Made by a program: the position numbers and the translations under genes. Of a stretch of DNA of 32,000 nt, positions 27,337 to 32,000 are shown piece after piece; position 1 is the first letter of the stretch; each line of letters begins with the position of its first letter. Under the pieces are notes generated by a model. That model saw only the letters and a list, made by a program, of their open reading frames with translations. It made no database searches and was not told where the DNA came from. The DNA lies in contig NZ_LN831024.1 of assembly GCF_001457615.1 (NCBI RefSeq), positions 4,290,001-4,322,000 on the forward strand. Direction: 5' to 3'. The DNA is from Pseudomonas aeruginosa (GTDB taxonomy: Bacteria; Pseudomonadota; Gammaproteobacteria; Pseudomonadales; Pseudomonadaceae).

Positions 27337-29103
27337 CTAGCGTCCGCCGGCAGCGAACTGCAGTTCCGCCAGGCGCGCATAGAGCGGGTTCTCGGCGATC
27401 AGCCGGGCATGGCTACCAATGGCCACCAGCCGCCCCTGGTCGATCACCGCGATGCGGTCGGCGCTCTGTACCGTGGCCAGGCGATGGGCGATCACCAGGG
27501 TGGTACGTCCGCTCATCAGGCCTGGCAGGGCCTGCTGGATCAGGTGCTCGCTTTCCGCATCCAGGGCGCTGGTCGCCTCGTCGAGCAGCAGCACCGGCGC
27601 GTCTACCAGCAATGCCCGAGCAATCGCCAGGCGCTGGCGCTGGCCGCCGGACAGGCCGATGCCGCCCTCGCCCAGGTGGGTGGCGTAGCCCTGCGGCAGA
27701 CCCAGGATGAACTCGTGGGCATGCGCGGCACGCGCTGCGGCCTCGACCTCGGCGGCGCTGGCATGCGGACGGCCGTAGCGGATGTTTTCCTCGACGCAGC
27801 CGAAGAACAGCGCGGGGTTCTGCGACACCAGGGCAAAGCTGCGGCGCAAGTCGGCCGGGTCCAGTTCGACGATCGGCTGTCCGTCCAGCAGCAGCCGTCC
27901 CTGCTGCGGATCGAAGAAACGCAGGAGCAGATCGAACAGGGTCGACTTGCCGGCGCCGGAAGGTCCGACCAGGGCCAGGGTTTCCCCCGGTTCGACGGCC
28001 AGGCTGATGTCGTCGATGGCCCAGTGTTCGGGACGGGTCGGATAGGCGAAGCGCACCGCCTGCAATTCGATCCTCCCGCTCACCCGTGCCGCCAGCTTGC
28101 GTGGTTGCGCTGGCGAGCGGATCTCGCTGCGCGCCCTGAGCAGCTCGGCGATGCGCTCTGCGGCGCCGGCGGCGCGCTGCAATTCGCCGATCACCTCGCT
28201 GAGGGTGCCGAAGGCCATGCCGACGATCAGGCTGTAGAAGACGAACGCGGCCAGTTCGCCGGCCGAGATGCTGCCGGCGATCACGTCGCGGCCGCCGACC
28301 CAGAGCATGACGCCGACCGCGCCGAGCACCAGCACGATCACCACGGTGATCAGCCAGGCGCGCTGGGCGATGCGCTTGCGCGCGGTGTCGAAGGCGCGTT
28401 CGACGGTGCCGGCGAAGCGCTGGCGATCCTGCGCCTGGTGGTTGTAGGCCTGCACGGTCTTGATCTGACCGAGGGTTTCACCGACGTAGCTGCCGACGTC
28501 GGCCACCCGGTCCTGGCTTTCCCGCGACAGGCTGCGCACGCGGCGGCCGAACAGCAGGATCGGGGCGATCACCAGCGGCAACGCCAGCACCACGATGCTG
28601 GTCAGCTTGGCGTTGGTGACGAACATCAGCAGCACCCCGCCGACTAGCATCAGGGCATTGCGCAGGGCCATCGACAGCGAGGAACCGATCACCGTCTGCA
28701 GCAGCGTAGTGTCGGCGGTCAGGCGCGACTGGATCTCGGAGCTACGGTTGGTTTCGTAGAAGCCGGGATGCAACTCGATCAGGTGGTCGAACACGCGCTT
28801 GCGGATATCGGCGACGAAGCGCTCGCCGATCCAGGACACCAGGTAGAAGCGCACGAAGGTGCCCACGGCCAGGCCGAGCACCAGCACGAAGAACAGCAGG
28901 ATGTAGCGATTGAGCAATTCGGGCGAGGCGGTGAGGAACCCCTGGTCCACCAGCAGGCGGATGCCCTGGCCCAGGGACAGGGTGATCGCCGCGGTGAACA
29001 GCAACGCCACCAGGGCCCCGAGCATGCGCCAGCGGTAAGGCGCCATGAAGCGCCAGGCCAGGCGCAGGGCGATACGTTGGCGGGAGGAGAGAATGGCTGG
29101 CAT
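27337..29103 (-). CDS. ABC exporter, fused permease/ATPase (MsbA/ATM1-like half transporter)
   Basis: Six N-terminal TM helices, Walker A 'GPSGAGKST', signature 'LSGGQRQR', and Walker B 'LLLDEATSALD'. The start is somewhat uncertain because the SD is weak. Confidence 0.9.
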   Translation of the reverse strand: MPAILSSRQRIALRLAWRFMAPYRWRMLGALVALLFTAAITLSLGQGIRLLVDQGFLTASPELLNRYILLFFVLVLGLAVGTFVRFYLVSWIGERFVADIRKRVFDHLIELHPGFYETNRSSEIQSRLTADTTLLQTVIGSSLSMALRNALMLVGGVLLMFVTNAKLTSIVVLALPLVIAPILLFGRRVRSLSRESQDRVADVGSYVGETLGQIKTVQAYNHQAQDRQRFAGTVERAFDTARKRIAQRAWLITVVIVLVLGAVGVMLWVGGRDVIAGSISAGELAAFVFYSLIVGMAFGTLSEVIGELQRAAGAAERIAELLRARSEIRSPAQPRKLAARVSGRIELQAVRFAYPTRPEHWAIDDISLAVEPGETLALVGPSGAGKSTLFDLLLRFFDPQQGRLLLDGQPIVELDPADLRRSFALVSQNPALFFGCVEENIRYGRPHASAAEVEAAARAAHAHEFILGLPQGYATHLGEGGIGLSGGQRQRLAIARALLVDAPVLLLDEATSALDAESEHLIQQALPGLMSGRTTLVIAHRLATVQSADRIAVIDQGRLVAIGSHARLIAENPLYARLAELQFAAGGR

Positions 29104-29509
29104 GCGGCGCTCGCTCGGCGGCTGGGGTTCCGCAGGTTAGCACCGGGAACGCAGCGAGGCGATGCATGCCCCGGCCGGCAGCGCGATGATATCGACGTAT
29201 ATATCCGGGCAACTTAGCCGATAACTAATCGTGAACTTTTCATTATTCTCGATATAGGTGAGATAGAGGCCCGGAGAACTTTCTCGCATCAACTAATGCA
29301 AACATTGGAATTCATGCCGGGATGCGCGAAGGGAGTTATCCACCTGGCGGTATCCTGCGTCGCCCGGGATCGGCGGAACATCCAGCCGCGGAGACCTCGA
29401 GCAGTTCGCCGCCGGATCGCCAATGCCGCAGCGCCTCGCTCGGGTATTGCCTAACGGACTTTATAGAAAACAGCAGGTTACGTCCGAAATCTGATCGACA
29501 ATATTCAAG

Positions 29510-29538
29510 ATGAAATAAAACGCCGCTTCGGTTATAAT
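29510..29538 (+). promoter_or_regulatory. Putative sigma-70 promoter for the 63-codon gene
   Basis: A perfect -10 TATAAT at 29533..29538 lies 38 nt before ATG 29576. The -35 at 17-nt spacing is weak (ATGAAA). Confidence 0.35.
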
Positions 29539-29575
29539 GAACGGCCATATTTAATGCAGAGACAGGTCCCCGGAT

Positions 29576-29767
29576 ATGGCCATCATGAAGAAAACCGTCG
29601 CGCCGAAAGCCGCCAAGCCGGCTCCCGCGGTCGAAACCCGCGAGTCCATCGAAGCGCAGGTCGCCGCCTTCCTCCAGGCCGGCGGCGAGATCCAGAAGAT
29701 CGCCAAGGGCGTCAGCGGCCAGGTCTACGGCCCGTCGCGGCAGATCACCATCAGCAAGAAGCGCTGA
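29576..29767 (+). CDS. Small conserved-looking protein (63 aa), function unknown
   Basis: G/C at third positions is very high throughout, as in native coding sequence. It has a Lys/Ala/Pro-rich N-terminus and then '[24 protein letters not shown]'. ATG 29585 is an alternative start. Confidence 0.7.
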   Translation: MAIMKKTVAPKAAKPAPAVETRESIEAQVAAFLQAGGEIQKIAKGVSGQVYGPSRQITISKKR

Positions 29768-29793
29768 ACGCCCGCCCCTCGCCGGGGACTACG

Positions 29794-29843
29794 AAGGGGA
29801 TGGCAGGCCGGCACGCAGATGTGCCACGCTCCATCCCCTTTTT
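29794..29843 (+). terminator. Rho-independent terminator (compound hairpin plus T-run)
   Basis: AAGGGGATGG (29794..29803) pairs with CCATCCCCTT (29831..29840). An inner stem GGCAC/GTGCC is present, and the structure is followed by TTTTT. Confidence 0.6.
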
Positions 29844-29867
29844 CATTGCCTGAATCCCGAGCCCTTC

Positions 29868-30089
29868 ATGCCTGGCCATCCCGATCCACTGCACGGCGTC
29901 ACCCTGGAAAAACTGCTCACCGAACTGGTCGCCCACCACGGCTGGGCGGAGCTTGGCAAACGGGTCGACATTCGTTGTTTCAGGAACGACCCGAGTATCA
30001 AGTCCAGCCTCGCCTTCCTGCGCAAGACGCCCTGGGCCCGGGAAAAGGTCGAGGCGCTCTACGTCCAGCTCAAGCGCAACCAAGGCTGA
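29868..30089 (+). CDS. VF530/DUF2132-family small putative DNA-binding protein (73 aa)
   Basis: The pattern '[57 protein letters not shown]' matches my memory of the DUF2132 family. Confidence 0.65.
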   Translation: MPGHPDPLHGVTLEKLLTELVAHHGWAELGKRVDIRCFRNDPSIKSSLAFLRKTPWAREKVEALYVQLKRNQG

Positions 30090-30092
30090 AGG

Positions 30093-31241
30093 CTAGCGCG
30101 CCAACCCCAGGCGCAGCAATTGCCCGTCCTTCTGGTCGGTGAGCAGGTAGAGATAGCCGTCCGGGCCCTGCCGCACGTCGCGGATGCGCACCCCGAGATC
30201 GCCCAGCAGGCGCTCTTCGTGGACGATCCGGTCGCCATCCAGTTGCAGGCGGATCAGTTCCTGCGTCGCCAGCGCGCCGATGAACAAATTATGCTGCCAG
30301 GCCGGGAAGCGCTGCGCATCGTAGAACGCCATGCCGCTGATCGCCGGCGACTTCTCCCAGACATGGTGCGGCGCCTCGGTACCTTCGACGGCCTTGCCCC
30401 TGGCTTCGGGGATCGGCAGCAGGGTGTAGTTGATTCCATGGGTCGCCAGCGGCCAGCCGTAGTTCCCGCCGGCCTGGGGTATGTTGATCTCGTCGCCGCC
30501 GCGCGGGCCGTGCTCGTGGGTCCAGAGCCGGCCGGTCCAGGGATTCAGCGCGGCGCCCTGCTGGTTGCGGTGGCCATAGCTCCAGATCTCCGGCCGCGCG
30601 TCGGCACGGCCGACGAAGGGATTGTCCTTGGGAACGCCGCCGTCCGGATACAGGCGGACGATCTTGCCCTGCAACTTGTCCAGGTCCTGCGAGGTGCTGC
30701 GCTGATTGTTCTCGCCGAGGGCGATGAACAGGTGGCCCTTGCCGTCGAAGACCAGGCGCGAGCCGAAGTGATGGCCGCTGGAAAGCTTCGGCAACTGCCG
30801 GAAGATCACGTGGAAGCCCTCCAGCCGTCGCTTGTCCGCCGATAACCGGCCACGTCCCGCCGCCGTTCCGGCGCGGCCGTCCTCGCCGGCCTCGGCATAG
30901 GTCAGGTAGACCAGCCGGTCCTCGGCGAACCCCGGCGACAAGGCGACGTCGAGCAGTCCCCCCTGGCCGCTGGCGAAGACCCTGGGTACGCCTTCCAGCG
31001 GCGCCGACAACTGTCCCTCGGGACTGACGAAACGCAAGCTGCCGGGCCGCTCGGTGACCAATATGCCCTGGTTGTCCGGCAGGAAGGCGACGGCCCAGGG
31101 ATAGGCCAGACCGCCAACCACCGGGGTGACCTCGACGGCGCCCAGCTCGCTGTCGTGGCGACCGGCGTCCACCGCCTCGACCGACGGAGCGAGCAGCGCG
31201 ACGGCGCTCAGCAGGATGGCATTCAAAGACAGGCCCGGCAT
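30093..31241 (-). CDS. PQQ-dependent soluble aldose sugar dehydrogenase (YliI/sGDH family)
   Basis: I take the internal ATG at 31241 (GGAGAG SD), with signal 'MPGLSLNAILLSAVALLAPSVEA'. Beta-propeller motifs 'PWAVAFLPDNQGILVTERPG', 'HFGSRLVFD', 'WSYGHRNQQG' and 'HGPRGGDEIN' are present. The 229 upstream codons of the track ORF are an R/P/G-rich alternate frame of the next gene. Confidence 0.85.
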   Translation of the reverse strand: MPGLSLNAILLSAVALLAPSVEAVDAGRHDSELGAVEVTPVVGGLAYPWAVAFLPDNQGILVTERPGSLRFVSPEGQLSAPLEGVPRVFASGQGGLLDVALSPGFAEDRLVYLTYAEAGEDGRAGTAAGRGRLSADKRRLEGFHVIFRQLPKLSSGHHFGSRLVFDGKGHLFIALGENNQRSTSQDLDKLQGKIVRLYPDGGVPKDNPFVGRADARPEIWSYGHRNQQGAALNPWTGRLWTHEHGPRGGDEINIPQAGGNYGWPLATHGINYTLLPIPEARGKAVEGTEAPHHVWEKSPAISGMAFYDAQRFPAWQHNLFIGALATQELIRLQLDGDRIVHEERLLGDLGVRIRDVRQGPDGYLYLLTDQKDGQLLRLGLAR

Positions 31242-31333
31242 GCGTTCTCTCCTTCCCCAAGCGAAAAACACCACTCTAGTCGCAGATCCGCCGCGCCTGG
31301 CGGTCCGCACACGGGCTGTAACAAACCCGCCCC

Positions 31334-31957
31334 TCAAAGCAAGGCGACCATTTCCTTGAGAGTCACCGCCCAGGTGCCCTTGGCATTGATATAGCGATAG
31401 CCGAACCGGGAACCATGCGCCTCGCTGGTGATCACCGCGTTCCAGGCCTGCCCGCGCGGCAGGTCGTGGGCCGGGTCGAGGAGCAGGAAGGCGCGCTCGC
31501 TCATGCCGATGGCCAGGCCCCAGTGGCGGATATCGCTGCCCTTGCGGCCGTGGAAACCGAGCACTACCGGAAAGCCGGCCTCCAGGTATTCGCGGGTGTG
31601 CCGGACCAACCTGCGCCCCTCGCCCTTGAGGGCGAAATGCTCGGTATCGTTGATCTCGGCCAGCAGCTCCAGCAGGTCGACGCCGGTGGTGCCGACGCGC
31701 AGCAGCGGGCCGTGCTGGTCCAGCGCCTTCATCAGGCGCCCGTAGCGACTGCGACTGTCGACCCGCTCCAGGCCCTTGGCCTGGCGCCGGCGCAGTTGGC
31801 CGCGGACCAGCATCGCCATGACCAGGCAGTAGGGCCCGCAGGCGCCGTCCATGTCGCCCTGGCGCAGATGGACCTTGTCGCCATGGACGTTGCACAGGCC
31901 GCCGCTGCCATCCTCGTCCAGGTCCCATTCCAGGCCATCGATCAGGCGTGACTGCAT
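31334..31957 (-). CDS. Hypothetical protein with a peptidase-C39-like (papain-fold) Gln/Cys/His/Asp signature
   Basis: 207 aa, GAGGAG SD, native codon usage. 'LRQGDMDGACGPYCLVMAM' fits the Q-x-C-G-x-x-C-L pattern, with Q33 and C40. 'IRHWGLAIG' supplies H145 and 'LLLDPAHD' supplies D161. There is no signal peptide. Confidence 0.6.
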   Translation of the reverse strand: MQSRLIDGLEWDLDEDGSGGLCNVHGDKVHLRQGDMDGACGPYCLVMAMLVRGQLRRRQAKGLERVDSRSRYGRLMKALDQHGPLLRVGTTGVDLLELLAEINDTEHFALKGEGRRLVRHTREYLEAGFPVVLGFHGRKGSDIRHWGLAIGMSERAFLLLDPAHDLPRGQAWNAVITSEAHGSRFGYRYINAKGTWAVTLKEMVALL

Positions 31958-32000
31958 GAGGGTCTCCTCTCCGGTTCCTTAAGTTGGGACCGAGCGGGCG

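Noticed and set aside
29296-29454. A 52-codon ORF (MQTLEFMPGCAKG...) inside the AT-rich intergenic region, considered as a possible small toxin or peptide.
   Set aside because: It has no SD. Its third-position G/C is only moderate compared with real genes here, and the product is Arg-rich and unstructured-looking. I kept it only as part of the intergenic-region finding.

Overview
This is a high-GC (roughly two-thirds G+C) chromosomal segment. I recognise it from memory, not from a search, as Pseudomonas aeruginosa core genome: the region that runs in descending PAO1 order from about PA1143 to PA1111. I call 34 protein-coding genes. Many track ORFs are antisense or alternate-frame shadows, which are typical of high-GC DNA, and I reject them.

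Genes I recognise:
- rhlC (rhamnosyltransferase 2), in an operon with an MFS transporter and preceded by a las/rhl-type box
- fosA
- hchA
- the dgt-cobB pair
- a second peptide deformylase
- the complete YfiBNR (TpbB) c-di-GMP module
- a CvfB-type S1 protein
- an LtaS/sulfatase-type membrane enzyme
- an MsbA-like ABC exporter
- a PQQ-dependent sugar dehydrogenase
- four LysR/GntR regulators with their likely target genes

I found no rRNA, tRNA, CRISPR array, IS element, integrase or obvious foreign island. Nothing here can be shown to be a new system from sequence alone.

The leads I consider most worth following:
1. An orphan LasR-like LuxR-family receptor with Cys in place of the invariant Asp of the 'DP' pocket motif. 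It is divergent from hchA, and the shared promoter carries three copies of a TAGGGGA element.
2. A stand-alone cytoplasmic C39-like Cys-His-Asp peptidase at the window edge.
3. A 470-bp AT-rich intergenic region followed by a self-contained 63-codon gene with its own promoter and terminator.
4. An unlisted 43-codon lysine-rich ORF with a strong SD and an adjacent hairpin.
5. The DCC-oxidoreductase / unknown / Cys-rich lipoprotein trio next to the rhl box.
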